DNA of 64,000 nucleotides from an uncultured cyanobacterium (GTDB lineage Bacteria > Cyanobacteriota > Cyanobacteriia > Pseudanabaenales > Pseudanabaenaceae), in contig OY969811.1 in assembly GCA_963703315.1 (NCBI GenBank), positions 1,088,001 through 1,152,000 on the forward strand, given 5' to 3'. Below are positions 31,113-43,708 of the stretch, one piece after another; the stretch's first letter is position 1; every line of letters begins with the position of its first letter. A program made the position numbers and the translations under genes. The notes under the pieces were generated by a model. It made no database searches. It was not told the origin of the DNA and worked only from the letters and a program-made list of their open reading frames with translations.

Positions 31113-34100
31113 GTGGGACAGGCTCAATTACCGCCGCAGAGACCGAATAACTCTACATTGGCGAAAAATCTAGGGCGTATCGGTGTGGGACTAGCGATCG
31201 CACTGACAGCAACGAGCTTAGGCGCTTTTTGGTATGGGCGTTATTTTCTCAATGAGCAGTTGTCGCCGCTATTGCAAACCGAGTTAAGTAAATCCCTTAA
31301 GCGCCCCTTGCAGTTAGGTAAAGTCGAGCGCGTTGGCTTTTCGAGTATTAGGTTTAGTAAGTCGATCATACCGCCAACCGATAAGGAGGCAAATTTCTTA
31401 GCAGTAGAGGCAATCGAAGTTAAGGTCGATCCTTGGAGCTATCTCACCCGTCGCCAAATTGGTTTAGATGCGATCGTTGAGCAGCCGCAAATATTTCTAA
31501 AGCAGGACGTTACAGGTTTACTGCAATTACCCAAAATTACTCCGCCCGAACCGCAAACCAAAGATGGCTTTGTCGATCTGCGGACAATTACTTTTACTGA
31601 CGCACAGATCACGATCCAGACGATCGCTAAAGGTGAGTTAGTTTCCCTTAGTCAAGTACAGATCGATAGCAATTGGCAAATCGCCGATCTCAATAATCAA
31701 AGCCTAAAAATGAATGGCAAAGGTCGCGTGACTCTGCCCAATCTAGCGGCGATCGCTGTGCCTCCCAATCCTGAACAATTAAAAAAGGCGATTGAGACTG
31801 CCATTGCCGATAAGGATGGTAACAAAGGGAATATGTCCTTTGTGATCGATTGGGATTTGACGAGAGGACAGGGCAAAATTGATGTCCAGTCTCAAGATTT
31901 GCAAATTGCCGCAGTCCAAGGCTTTGCCCTTAATTCGCCTTTGGAAATTCAACAGGGTAAACTTGATGCCGAGGCAAGCATTACTGTAAGCGCAGACAAA
32001 GTAACCCCTACTGATTCCATTGCTAGTGATTCTTTGTTGGGGGCAAATAAAATTTCTATAACCGCCACACTTAGTGACGGTGCTGTGAAATTGCCACAAT
32101 TAGCCAACCCGATTACCAAAATTGCAGGACAACTTAACTTTGATGGTACAAATGCCACTTTAACAGAGTGGTCTGCTGAATACGGCTTGCTGAAGGGAAC
32201 TGTTGATGGCACATTTAATCAACAAAAAGGATTCAATCTCAATTTCGGAACGGCGGCTCTAGATTTAGCCAAAGGGATTGAAAGCTTTGGGGTGAAGACA
32301 CCTGTGGCGATCGCGGGTGAGATTAAAATCGGCGGCAAACTGACGGGAACAATGCAAAAGCCATCCCTGAGCTTGAATATCACTACGCCTAAAGCTGTGA
32401 GCTTTGATCGGATTACCGTCGATCGCTTTCTGGCGACAGTGGAACTCAAGGATCTGAATACATTACTTATCAAAAAAGTACAAGCCGCTTCCACAGGCGC
32501 AACCCTCACAGGTGAAGGACAAATTCGCTTACCTCAAAAAGATAAACCTGCGGAAATTCTGTTTAACTCTAGTCTCGTCGCGATCGCCGAAGATTTTGCA
32601 AAACTCTACAATACCAAATTACCGATCACTGTTGGACAGGTTACCAGTTCCTTGCAAATTACTGGCAGCGTCGCTAATCCTCAGATGCTGGCGCAGATTG
32701 AGGCTCCCAATGCTACCTATCCGTCAAGAGGAGAAGTCTTTCTTGCCGATGGTTTAGCCACAATTCGCAATGCTAAGGTGCGATTTCCCATTGGCGAAAT
32801 TGGACTCGCAGGTACTTACAATATTGTCAGTGGTGCATGGAAGTCGCAACTAAATAGTAATGGCATTCCCCTGTCCGCTTTCCTACCAAATCAAAAAGGA
32901 ATTCTCGAAGGATTGATTAATCTTCGTAGCGATCGCGGAGGTTTTAACCTCGCTGATATCACGGGTGATGGCAATATCCGCTTACCGCAAGGATTAACCG
33001 AAATTCCTGACGCGATCGCCGCCAATCTAATTTGGGATGGTAAAAATCTGCTGATCCCTTCGTTGCAAGTGGGAAGTTATTTAACTGCGAATGGAAAAGT
33101 CGATCTTGCCTTTCCCAATGATGCTCCAAATCAATTACCCACAGGCATTGCAAGCATTAATCTCGATCTAATTTCGCGGAACGTGAATATCAATCGGTTA
33201 GCTTCCCTCTCTAGCGCCATCTCCCCCCAAGCATCGGGGATTTTGAATTTTAGAGGCAATCTATCAGGGGCGATCGACAAGCTCCAAATTGCAGGAGCCT
33301 TACAGCTAGATAATGTCAATGTCGCTTCCCTCGGTTCCAGTTTAGCCAAGAAAGGCATCATAGTTCCATCGAGGGGTTCACTAGATTTTGATGGTTCGAT
33401 TAATGGAGACTTAGCTGATCCGCAATTAGTCGGGAGCTTGCGGGTAGCAGGGTTAAAAATCAATCAAATCGAACTGGACAAACTGGCTTTTAACGGTGCG
33501 CTAAATGGAATTGCTAAAGTCCCTCAAGCGACAGGAAATCTGACTCTTGTAGGATTACGAGTCGATAAACTCGCCTTTGACAAACAATTTGACGGTAAAC
33601 TAAATTTTGATGGCAATCAAGGCTTAAATGTTGATTTGCAAGGTAGTGGACGCGATCGCATTGCCGCAAGGTTAGACAATGCTTTTCGCCCCATTGATTT
33701 TAATCTGAGCTTGGGTGAAGCGACCGCAACAGGTAATCGCATTGATAATAATCCGAGCCGTCTGCAAGTAGCGATCAATAATATTCCCTTAGCATTAGCA
33801 GCTTCTCTCGCGGGACAAAATGATGTTAGTGGTCGTCTGTCTAGTAAGCTAGTCGTGGACTTTACCGACAATCCCAGCGCAAGTGGCGAAGTCACGGTTA
33901 CTAGTCCCCGTTTTGGGCGGATCATTGCCGATCGCGCCGTTGCCAAGGTTACCTACAGCGATGGTATTTTTGATGTTCGCGATGGCAGCTTGAGCATCCG
34001 TCAAGGCGAAATTAATAATGAGTATAAGTTCCGTCTCACCTACAATCCTGCTATTGACGATCCGATCGCAGGGGCAGTGGAGATCGCACAGGGACGAATG

Positions 34101-36266
34101 CAGGACTTATTTGCTACTCTCCAATGGATCAATGTTGTCGATGTGACTCAAGGATTTACGTTTAGCAAAAATAGAGCGTCAGAGCTAAAACCTCTAGAAG
34201 CAATTAGGTTACTAGGAGAACCTCTGTACAAACAATTACAGTATCTTACTCAAATTGAACTGCGCCAAGAACAGCAGGAGATAGTTAATTCAGAGCGTAA
34301 TTTCAATTTACCGCCACTAACCAATTTCCGAGGCGATGTTAAAGGCAAAATCACCTTTGGGCTGAATAAACGTCGAGGTATTCGCTTAGGGTTTGATCTC
34401 GTGGGCAAAAAATTTGAATATGGCAAATTTGCCGTTGATGACATTCAACTACAAGGACGTTATTTTAATGGAGTCTTTGCGATCGCCAAAGCAAATTTCC
34501 AATCGGATAAAAGCTATGGACGCATCACCAAAGCACGTCTAAGACTAGAACCTGCTTCTAATATCTTGCAACGTGTCCGTGAACAGAGTGGTGAAATTGA
34601 ACTTAAAGATTTCCCGATTGAATCTTTGCGCCCCTTGCCATTCTTTAGTGCCGTTCCCTTTGATTTAACGGGTAAAGTGAATGGCAATCTCTCCATTACT
34701 GGCACAAGCTTACTAGATACCAAAGTAGTCGGCAATCTCAACTTGACTAAGGGTTCTGTTAATCGCGAAGCGATCGAGTTTATTGCCTTGAAGTTTAACT
34801 ATGAAAAGTTAAATATTAACTTCAATTCAAACATGAAAATTGCGGGTAAAGATTCAGTTGTGGCATCGGGCAATGTGAATGTGTTGGGCTTTTTTGACGT
34901 AAAACTGGATGTTAAAGATGAAGGAATTGCTTTCATCAATATCTTTAACCAGCCTGTGCGTTGGGTCAACGGGAAAGGCGATATCAATCTCCGTGCCAAT
35001 GGTACTTTTAGAGATCCTAAAATTGCAGGTAAGTTAGTAGTGGATAATGCCAAAGTTAAAATTGCAGGTTTACCCGGTGACTTTACAGAAGTTCAAGGCA
35101 ATATTGACTTTACGAGCGATCGCCTAATTAGCAATATCACTAGTAACTTTAGTGAAGGCAAACTCGCACTCACAGGAATTTTGCCAATTAGTAATGTTAA
35201 TCTCATCCCTCCTGATAGTCCTGATTATCCAAAAGCGTTACAAATTAATGCTGATAAGCTCAAATTGAATATTCGTGATATTAGTTCCGAGAACTTTAAT
35301 ACTCGCGTCATCGTTAGAGGTGCGCTATTAACTCCCATTCTGACGGGCGAAGTATTGTTAGGAGATGGAAGATTTGTAATCGGTAATGATGCTGATCCTA
35401 ATACCAATAATGCTAGCCAAGATGAGAACCTAGCGGATGTTGCCTTTGATCGCCTTGCCGTCAAACTGCAAAATATGCAAGTAACTCGCTTTCCCATATT
35501 TAACTTCTTGGGTGAAGGAACCTTGATTGTGAATGGAACCCTCCAAAAGCCAGAACCAGAAGGCAAGATCATCATTTCACGCGGACAGTTTAACGCGATT
35601 TCTGCAAGATTCCGCCTCGATCGCGCCTATGAGAATTTTGTCGAGTTCAAACCTAATCAGGGACTCAATCCTAATCTCAATGTCCGAGTCGCGGGAGCCG
35701 TTGCTGAAATTACTCGTGTACCTATTAGTTCCAATCGTCCCAATGATCTATTTAGACCTAATGAAGTGCCTGTCAGCAATTTAGGCGCACAACGTACCCT
35801 GCGAGTTCAAGCCAGTGTCACGGGTACAGCCCTTGCACCAGATATTCGCCTCTCTAGCAGTCCTCCCCGCAGTCAAGCAGAAATTGTTGCACTCATTGGC
35901 GGTGGCGTATTGCAGCAACAGGGTGGATCTGATCCTGCGGCAGCGCTAGCCAGCTTTGCGGGTGGTACAGTTCTCAACTTTCTCCAAGATGCGATCGGTG
36001 ATGCTCTCAACTTAGCAGAGTTTAATCTCAGTCCTGTTACTACAAATACCACTAATAGCGGAACAGGAACATTAGGTCTGTCGGCGGAAGCAGCGATCGA
36101 TATCAGTAATAGCTTCTCGATCGCTCTGCAAAGGATTATTAATGACTCCACCCAACCGACTAATTTCTCCATTCGCTACCGTGTCGATCCCAATGTGCTT
36201 CTACGTGGCAACTATGGCTCTGACGGTAAAACAGGTATTTCTATCGAATACGAAAATCGATTTTAA
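31113..36266 (+). CDS. tamB: Translocation and assembly module TamB (DUF490/AsmA-like) protein
   Basis: N-terminal TM anchor, long beta-rich repeats, C-terminal LSSSPPRSQAEIVALIGG...EYENRF. Confidence 0.85.
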   Translation: MGQAQLPPQRPNNSTLAKNLGRIGVGLAIALTATSLGAFWYGRYFLNEQLSPLLQTELSKSLKRPLQLGKVERVGFSSIRFSKSIIPPTDKEANFLAVEAIEVKVDPWSYLTRRQIGLDAIVEQPQIFLKQDVTGLLQLPKITPPEPQTKDGFVDLRTITFTDAQITIQTIAKGELVSLSQVQIDSNWQIADLNNQSLKMNGKGRVTLPNLAAIAVPPNPEQLKKAIETAIADKDGNKGNMSFVIDWDLTRGQGKIDVQSQDLQIAAVQGFALNSPLEIQQGKLDAEASITVSADKVTPTDSIASDSLLGANKISITATLSDGAVKLPQLANPITKIAGQLNFDGTNATLTEWSAEYGLLKGTVDGTFNQQKGFNLNFGTAALDLAKGIESFGVKTPVAIAGEIKIGGKLTGTMQKPSLSLNITTPKAVSFDRITVDRFLATVELKDLNTLLIKKVQAASTGATLTGEGQIRLPQKDKPAEILFNSSLVAIAEDFAKLYNTKLPITVGQVTSSLQITGSVANPQMLAQIEAPNATYPSRGEVFLADGLATIRNAKVRFPIGEIGLAGTYNIVSGAWKSQLNSNGIPLSAFLPNQKGILEGLINLRSDRGGFNLADITGDGNIRLPQGLTEIPDAIAANLIWDGKNLLIPSLQVGSYLTANGKVDLAFPNDAPNQLPTGIASINLDLISRNVNINRLASLSSAISPQASGILNFRGNLSGAIDKLQIAGALQLDNVNVASLGSSLAKKGIIVPSRGSLDFDGSINGDLADPQLVGSLRVAGLKINQIELDKLAFNGALNGIAKVPQATGNLTLVGLRVDKLAFDKQFDGKLNFDGNQGLNVDLQGSGRDRIAARLDNAFRPIDFNLSLGEATATGNRIDNNPSRLQVAINNIPLALAASLAGQNDVSGRLSSKLVVDFTDNPSASGEVTVTSPRFGRIIADRAVAKVTYSDGIFDVRDGSLSIRQGEINNEYKFRLTYNPAIDDPIAGAVEIAQGRMQDLFATLQWINVVDVTQGFTFSKNRASELKPLEAIRLLGEPLYKQLQYLTQIELRQEQQEIVNSERNFNLPPLTNFRGDVKGKITFGLNKRRGIRLGFDLVGKKFEYGKFAVDDIQLQGRYFNGVFAIAKANFQSDKSYGRITKARLRLEPASNILQRVREQSGEIELKDFPIESLRPLPFFSAVPFDLTGKVNGNLSITGTSLLDTKVVGNLNLTKGSVNREAIEFIALKFNYEKLNINFNSNMKIAGKDSVVASGNVNVLGFFDVKLDVKDEGIAFINIFNQPVRWVNGKGDINLRANGTFRDPKIAGKLVVDNAKVKIAGLPGDFTEVQGNIDFTSDRLISNITSNFSEGKLALTGILPISNVNLIPPDSPDYPKALQINADKLKLNIRDISSENFNTRVIVRGALLTPILTGEVLLGDGRFVIGNDADPNTNNASQDENLADVAFDRLAVKLQNMQVTRFPIFNFLGEGTLIVNGTLQKPEPEGKIIISRGQFNAISARFRLDRAYENFVEFKPNQGLNPNLNVRVAGAVAEITRVPISSNRPNDLFRPNEVPVSNLGAQRTLRVQASVTGTALAPDIRLSSSPPRSQAEIVALIGGGVLQQQGGSDPAAALASFAGGTVLNFLQDAIGDALNLAEFNLSPVTTNTTNSGTGTLGLSAEAAIDISNSFSIALQRIINDSTQPTNFSIRYRVDPNVLLRGNYGSDGKTGISIEYENRF

Positions 36267-36307
36267 AGATCAAAAAGCCCTCGCTCAGCAAGGGCTTTTT
36301 GATCTTT
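36265..36307. terminator. Terminator-like palindrome, copy 1
   Basis: aaagatcaaaaagccctcgc-tca-gcaagggctttttgatcttt; near-identical to 37283-37321. Confidence 0.7.
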
Positions 36308-36316
36308 TCTCAAACT

Positions 36317-36814
36317 TCAACCATCTATCTTCAAACCCAACTTCTCAGCCACACGCTTCTGAAATGCAGCTAGCCCACCTTGATCTTTAAACTCTTCATT
36401 TAAATCCCCAATATGATCAAGCTCTATAGCTCTACCACTTTGTAACTTAACATCAAAGCCAAAAACATCATCCTGACTGGGTGCATTATCCCAAATGTGA
36501 GCATCTGGCGTATGCAACGATTCTGGAGCAATCCATAACACTTGAACGCGGCGAGTAAGTGCGAAGCCAGAGGCGTTTGGATCACCGTGAATTTGATCAT
36601 CCAAAACCTTAACCAAGTGCGTTACTTTTGTGCGTTGGCGCAGCAGGATGAGATCGCCTTCTTGGAGTTTTCCAGCACCATGTTCCTTTTTCCAGTGCAG
36701 CTTAAATTCTGGCACTAGATAAGGATAGCTAATTTCATTATGCCGATATACCCATACCTCTGGATGGTTAACATTTTTAGTCCATTTAAGGCGTGTAAAG
36801 TCGATTTTAGACAT
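36317..36814 (-). CDS. Hypothetical protein, possibly PUA/EVE-like
   Basis: Open frame; likely ATG at 36814 (MSKIDF); LQEGDLILLRQ...VTHLVKVLD...RRVQVLW. Confidence 0.6.
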   Translation of the reverse strand: MSKIDFTRLKWTKNVNHPEVWVYRHNEISYPYLVPEFKLHWKKEHGAGKLQEGDLILLRQRTKVTHLVKVLDDQIHGDPNASGFALTRRVQVLWIAPESLHTPDAHIWDNAPSQDDVFGFDVKLQSGRAIELDHIGDLNEEFKDQGGLAAFQKRVAEKLGLKIDG

Positions 36815-37024
36815 TATGGCATTTACAAATATTATGATTAGCAGAACGCTCAATTAGGTTTTAAGTGGCTACCTAACTGCCCCCTAATATTTAATTTACC
36901 TGATTTTTTCAAAATTGTAAAGTAGAAAAAATCGGTTATAATTAAAATAGCTTGTACATTCTAAACATAGATATCAGAAAATTATTACAATCTGGATACA
37001 TAGACTGGAATTTACATATACATA

Positions 37025-37303
37025 ATGAAAATTAAAGCAATTATTTATCCTGCTGAAGAAGGTGGTTATTGGGCTGAAGTTCCTGCACTTGCTGGTTGTA
37101 TCACTGAAGGCGATAGCATGGATGAATTGCTCAGTAATCTACAAGATGCCATACAAGGTTGGTTAGAGGTAGCTAACGAAAGTAAAAAAATAGACTCTGT
37201 TCCTGTTCACAAAAATCAGGATTTAAAGATTGGAACTTTAAAGTCGTTAATGAAAATAGCTGAACTAACAGAAGATGAACTGTCATCAAAAAGCCCTCGC
37301 TGA
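37025..37303 (+). pseudogene. HicB antitoxin N-terminus fused in frame to a HicA toxin C-terminus
   Basis: AEEGGYWAEVPALAGCITEGDS (HicB), then VPVHKNQDLKIGTLKSLMKIAELTEDEL (HicA C-terminal pattern); no GSH motif. Confidence 0.7.
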
Positions 37304-37321
37304 GCGAGGGCTTTTTGATGA
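37283..37321. terminator. Terminator-like palindrome, copy 2
   Basis: tcatcaaaaagccctcgc-tga-gcgagggctttttgatga. Confidence 0.7.
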
Positions 37322-38254
<933 letters not shown>

Positions 38255-38260
38255 TTAAGA

Positions 38261-38360
38261 CCCTCACCCCTAGCCTCTCTCCCGCAGGAGAGGGGAACTA
38301 GAAAGAAAATATTAAACTCTTACTCCCCCTCTCATTGGGAGAGGGGGTGGGGGGTGAGGG
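38261..38360. repeat. CCCTCACCCC...GGGGTGAGGG repeat between chlB and chlL
   Basis: Same ends and internal hairpins as 20392-20498. Confidence 0.8.
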
Positions 38361-38363
38361 AAA

Positions 38364-40055
38364 TTACTTCCCGATCGCTGCTTTTGCTTCGTAGAGAGTA
38401 TCTACGGTGATCGAAGTAATACCGCGATCGCTAGCAAATTTCTCAGTATTGCGTTTGATTTTGCCGCGTACAAAGAAGGGAATCTTCTTCAACTCCGCTT
38501 CACCATCGGCACTCCAAGTTACACCTTCAACCTCTTGCGCTAAGGGTGTGAGAACGGTTTGATTAGCATTACCAACAGAATTAGTAGAGGCGATCGCATG
38601 ATCAGTTCCTCTCGCAGTAGGTGATTCAGGTACTCGCAATTCTTGAGATGGTGCTGTATGCAAATGGCTCATATGTCCTTCCGCAAACTCAAAGTCTTCC
38701 TTGAACATTCCAATCAAATGCTCCTCCAGACCCATCATCAAAGGATGTACCCAGCTATCAAAAATCACATTCGCACCTTCCCAACCCATTTGTGGTGAGT
38801 AACGAGCAGGCACATCTTGAACGTGGATTGGTGCAGAAATTACCGCGCAAGGGATACCCAAGCGTTTGGCAATATGTCGCTCCATCTGAGTGCCAAGCAC
38901 TAGTTCTGGAGCAGCTTCAGCCACCTTTGCTTCTACAGCTAAATAGTCATCACTAATCACAGCTTCGAGTCCATGCTTTTTCGCAACTTCGCGCACTTCT
39001 CTCGCAAATTCACGGCTATAGGTTCCAATACCAACGAGGGTAAAGCCTAATTCTTCCGTAGCAATTCTGGCGGCGGCGAGGGCATGGGTGGCATCACCGA
39101 AGATGAATACGCGCTTACCTGTGAGGTAGGTGGAGTCAACCGATCTCGAGTACCAAGGCAAACGGGAAGCATTGGCTTCGGCGGAAGATGAGACGCGAGC
39201 AGCATCCCAGTTTCCTAATGTGTCGGATTGCGATCGCGCTAATGCTTCACTAACGTCAATGTCCGCAACCTTACCAATTTCAGCAATAAAGTCACGGGTT
39301 GCACCAACACCGATTGGCACGGTTTTCACAACGGGTTGAGCAAAACTGCGAGTTAGCCAAGTGCAAGTGGTGAGCGCAATTTCAGGATAAAGACAAATAT
39401 TAAAGTCTGCATCAGGAATTCGCATTAAGTCAGCAGGTGTCGCGCCCATTGGTGCAACTACGTTCACATCCACGCCTATTTCCGCGAGTAACTTAATGAC
39501 TTCGCGAATATCATCACGACAACGGAAACCTAACGCCGTTGGACCAATGATGTTTGCTTTCGGGCGAATTTGAGGATCACGCTGAGGACGAGGCGTATTC
39601 GGCGGCGGTACAACAGGCAGTAGCAAAGTGCGAACTAAATGATAGAGAGTTTCGCTCGCGCCCCAATTTTCTTTTTTGGAATAGGCGGGTAATTCCAAAC
39701 TGACGATGGGGATCGGTAAGCCCATGCCTTTGGCAAGTGACCCTGGTTGATCCTGAATTAGTTCGGCTGTGCAGCTTTCGCCCACTAGCATGACTTGTGG
39801 CTTAAATCTTTCGTAAGCATCTCTAACCGAAGTTTTCACCATTTCCGCAGTGTCACCACCGAGATCACGCGCTTGGAAAGTGGTGTAAGTTACAGGCGGA
39901 CGGCGATCGCGTCTTTCGATCATCGTAAATAGTAAGTCAGCATAGGTATCGCCCTGCGGTGCATGGAGTACATAATGCACTCCTTCCATTCCTGTAGCGA
40001 TTCGCATAGCCCCGACATGGGGAGGACCTTCATAAGTCCAGAGGGTTAGTTCCAT
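38364..40055 (-). CDS. chlB: Light-independent protochlorophyllide reductase subunit B
   Basis: [37 protein letters not shown]-terminal PCP_red domain (KIPFFVRGK). Confidence 0.96.
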   Translation of the reverse strand: MELTLWTYEGPPHVGAMRIATGMEGVHYVLHAPQGDTYADLLFTMIERRDRRPPVTYTTFQARDLGGDTAEMVKTSVRDAYERFKPQVMLVGESCTAELIQDQPGSLAKGMGLPIPIVSLELPAYSKKENWGASETLYHLVRTLLLPVVPPPNTPRPQRDPQIRPKANIIGPTALGFRCRDDIREVIKLLAEIGVDVNVVAPMGATPADLMRIPDADFNICLYPEIALTTCTWLTRSFAQPVVKTVPIGVGATRDFIAEIGKVADIDVSEALARSQSDTLGNWDAARVSSSAEANASRLPWYSRSVDSTYLTGKRVFIFGDATHALAAARIATEELGFTLVGIGTYSREFAREVREVAKKHGLEAVISDDYLAVEAKVAEAAPELVLGTQMERHIAKRLGIPCAVISAPIHVQDVPARYSPQMGWEGANVIFDSWVHPLMMGLEEHLIGMFKEDFEFAEGHMSHLHTAPSQELRVPESPTARGTDHAIASTNSVGNANQTVLTPLAQEVEGVTWSADGEAELKKIPFFVRGKIKRNTEKFASDRGITSITVDTLYEAKAAIGK

Positions 40056-40104
40056 AGTTTATATCAATAAAAAATATGTATAAGTAGAGCGCGAAGCGCT
40101 CTAC

Positions 40105-41424
<1,320 letters not shown>

Positions 41425-41629
41425 CTAGTTTGTTAAAAAGGCTATGCCCTGAATTGCTTAGAGGGCAAAGCCCTGTGTGACATCAAGATTTGGGCGATCG
41501 CAACACGATCAATAAATTAATTCTCTCTACTATATTTAGTAAAACTAGAAGACTAGCTAAAAAGTTGCAAAGGTTTACAGGACTATAAGGATCTGCAATC
41601 GTTTTGCGAGGATCGCAAGTATATATACT

Positions 41630-41673
41630 CAAAAAAGGAAGAGGTGTCGCCTTGCGACACCTCTTCCTTTTTG
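41630..41673. terminator. Intrinsic terminator downstream of gpmI
   Basis: caaaaaaggaagaggtgtcgc-ctt-gcgacacctcttcctttttg. Confidence 0.75.
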
Positions 41674-41686
41674 TAGCGCAGAACCG

Positions 41687-43291
41687 CTATTTACCAATTT
41701 TGACTGGAGTTTTGGGGATTTGGATTTCGTAAGTTGCTGGCTCAAGCAATGAAACCCCTGTCATCTCTGCGGGTTGAGGGACATTCAGGATTTCCAAAAT
41801 TGTGGGTGCAATATCAGCGAGACGACCACCTGTGGGTTTGAGCTTAACATTCGCACCATGTCCATAGATCTTACGACCTTCACCCTCCACCAAAATAAAT
41901 GGTACAGGATTGCTAGAGTGGGCAGTCCAAGGGTTGCCATGCTCATCCCACATATATTCCGCATTGCCATGATCAGCCGTAATTAAAGCTGTACCACCTG
42001 CATTAGCGATACTAGACAATAATTTGCCCAAACATCGATCAACGTGTTCTAAAGCATTGATCGTGGCTTCAAAGTTGCCTGTATGTCCTACCATGTCTGG
42101 GTTTGCATAATTAATCACGATCAATGAATAAATACCCTTAGCGATCGCCTCTGAAGCAATGCGTGTCACTTCAGCCGCAGACATGGCAGGTTCTTGATCG
42201 TAAGTAGATACACGCGGACTATTTACCAAGATGCGATCGTCACCTTCGCTGGCTTCTTCCAGACCACCATCAAAGAAATAGGTAACATGAGCGTACTTTT
42301 CAGTTTCCGCTAGGCGTAACTGTTTCAGCCCATGACTTGCCACAACTGGTCCTAGCAAATTAGTTAGGTTTTGGGGCAGGAAAGCCACAGGTACAGGCAA
42401 TGAACTGTCGTATTGCGTAAAAGTCGCATAGGCAAGTGGCTCAATGCGATCGCGCTCAAAACCTGTAAAGTTTTCGGCAACAAGGGCTTGGGTGATCTCG
42501 CGGGAGCGATCAGGGCGGAAGTTAAAGCAGATTACACCATCACCAGATGCGATCGCGCCTTGAGCAATCCTTGTAGGAGGCAAAAACTCATCGGTAATTT
42601 GCTCTTTATAAGACGATTCCAGCACATCTACCGCCGAAGGTAGCTCAGTAGTAATTTGGTCATTGGTCAGGATTTCATAGGCTTTTTGTACCCGATCCCA
42701 GCGCTTGTCTCGATCCATCGCAAAGTAACGACCACTGATCGTCACAATTTTACCAACGCCAATTTTGTTAATGTGAGCTTGTAGTAGCTTAATAAAGTTG
42801 ATCCCAGAGTTGGGCAATGTATCACGACCATCAGTAATTACGTGAATACAAACATCACTAACACCTTGAGATTTTGCTAAATCAAGTAATCCCAACAAAT
42901 GATCAATATGTGAATGCACACCACCATCAGAGCAGAGACCAAGCAAATGCAATTTGCTTTGATTAGCCCTGACCTGTTCACAAACTTTAACCAGTGCAGG
43001 ATTTGATAGCAATGAGCCATCATCTACAGCGTCAGAAATTCTAACTAATTCTTGGGGGACGACACGACCTGCACCAATATTCAAATGCCCAACCTCTGAG
43101 TTGCCCATTTGTCCTTTGGGTAAGCCAACATCTTTACCTGAAGCTTGGAGGAGGGTTTTAGGGTAAATACTCCACAGACTATCCATGACGGGAGTATTTG
43201 CTGCGGTGATCGCATTGCCCTCGGTTTCTTCCCTATGTCCCCAGCCGTCTAAAATAATCAGAACCAGTGGAGAAACAGACCCCGTTTGCAT
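41687..43291 (-). CDS. gpmI: 2,3-bisphosphoglycerate-independent phosphoglycerate mutase
   Basis: ILDGWG, GQMGNSEVGH, AETEKYAHVT, NPDMVGHTG, TADHGNAE; likely start at ATG 43291. Confidence 0.96.
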   Translation of the reverse strand: MQTGSVSPLVLIILDGWGHREETEGNAITAANTPVMDSLWSIYPKTLLQASGKDVGLPKGQMGNSEVGHLNIGAGRVVPQELVRISDAVDDGSLLSNPALVKVCEQVRANQSKLHLLGLCSDGGVHSHIDHLLGLLDLAKSQGVSDVCIHVITDGRDTLPNSGINFIKLLQAHINKIGVGKIVTISGRYFAMDRDKRWDRVQKAYEILTNDQITTELPSAVDVLESSYKEQITDEFLPPTRIAQGAIASGDGVICFNFRPDRSREITQALVAENFTGFERDRIEPLAYATFTQYDSSLPVPVAFLPQNLTNLLGPVVASHGLKQLRLAETEKYAHVTYFFDGGLEEASEGDDRILVNSPRVSTYDQEPAMSAAEVTRIASEAIAKGIYSLIVINYANPDMVGHTGNFEATINALEHVDRCLGKLLSSIANAGGTALITADHGNAEYMWDEHGNPWTAHSSNPVPFILVEGEGRKIYGHGANVKLKPTGGRLADIAPTILEILNVPQPAEMTGVSLLEPATYEIQIPKTPVKIGK

Positions 43292-43455
43292 AAAAAGATA
43301 GTTCCTTGTTAAGTACACGTTCACTCGTCACTTGGCAATCATACCATCAGAGTAAATCTACCGATTATCTTAACAATACTTCGATATTAATAGGATCGCA
43401 ATGTATCACAGAAAACTTTTAAAGGTTTGGGGCGATCGCAGTCCAAAATGTATTA

Positions 43456-43653
43456 TATAGCTGTCGCCAGTCTTGTTAGGACATAACCCAGAAGACGAGT
43501 TGCGGCGCGAAGCGCCGCAACTCGTCTTCTGGGGTCTTGATATACCAATGGCAACAGCTATAGCGCTTTTCAAGCAAGCGAGTTACATAGGTTTGTTTCC
43601 CCGCCTTCGGCGGGGAAACAAACCCGTACTTCACTAGACTGAAAAGCGCTATA
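43456..43653. mobile_element. Two abutting MITE-like elements sharing a TATA junction
   Basis: tatagctgtcgcca...tggcaacagctata (43456-43562) overlaps tatagcgcttttca...tgaaaagcgctata (43559-43653); each has a long central hairpin. Confidence 0.7.
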
Positions 43654-43708
43654 TAAATAGGCTGTAAGTAAGCATAAATTTTTTCAGGTTTACAAACCTT
43701 TCCAACGA

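Noticed and set aside
41439..41472. Hairpin ggctatgccct/agggcaaagcc upstream of chlN
   Set aside because: Single modest stem with no recognisable riboswitch motif.
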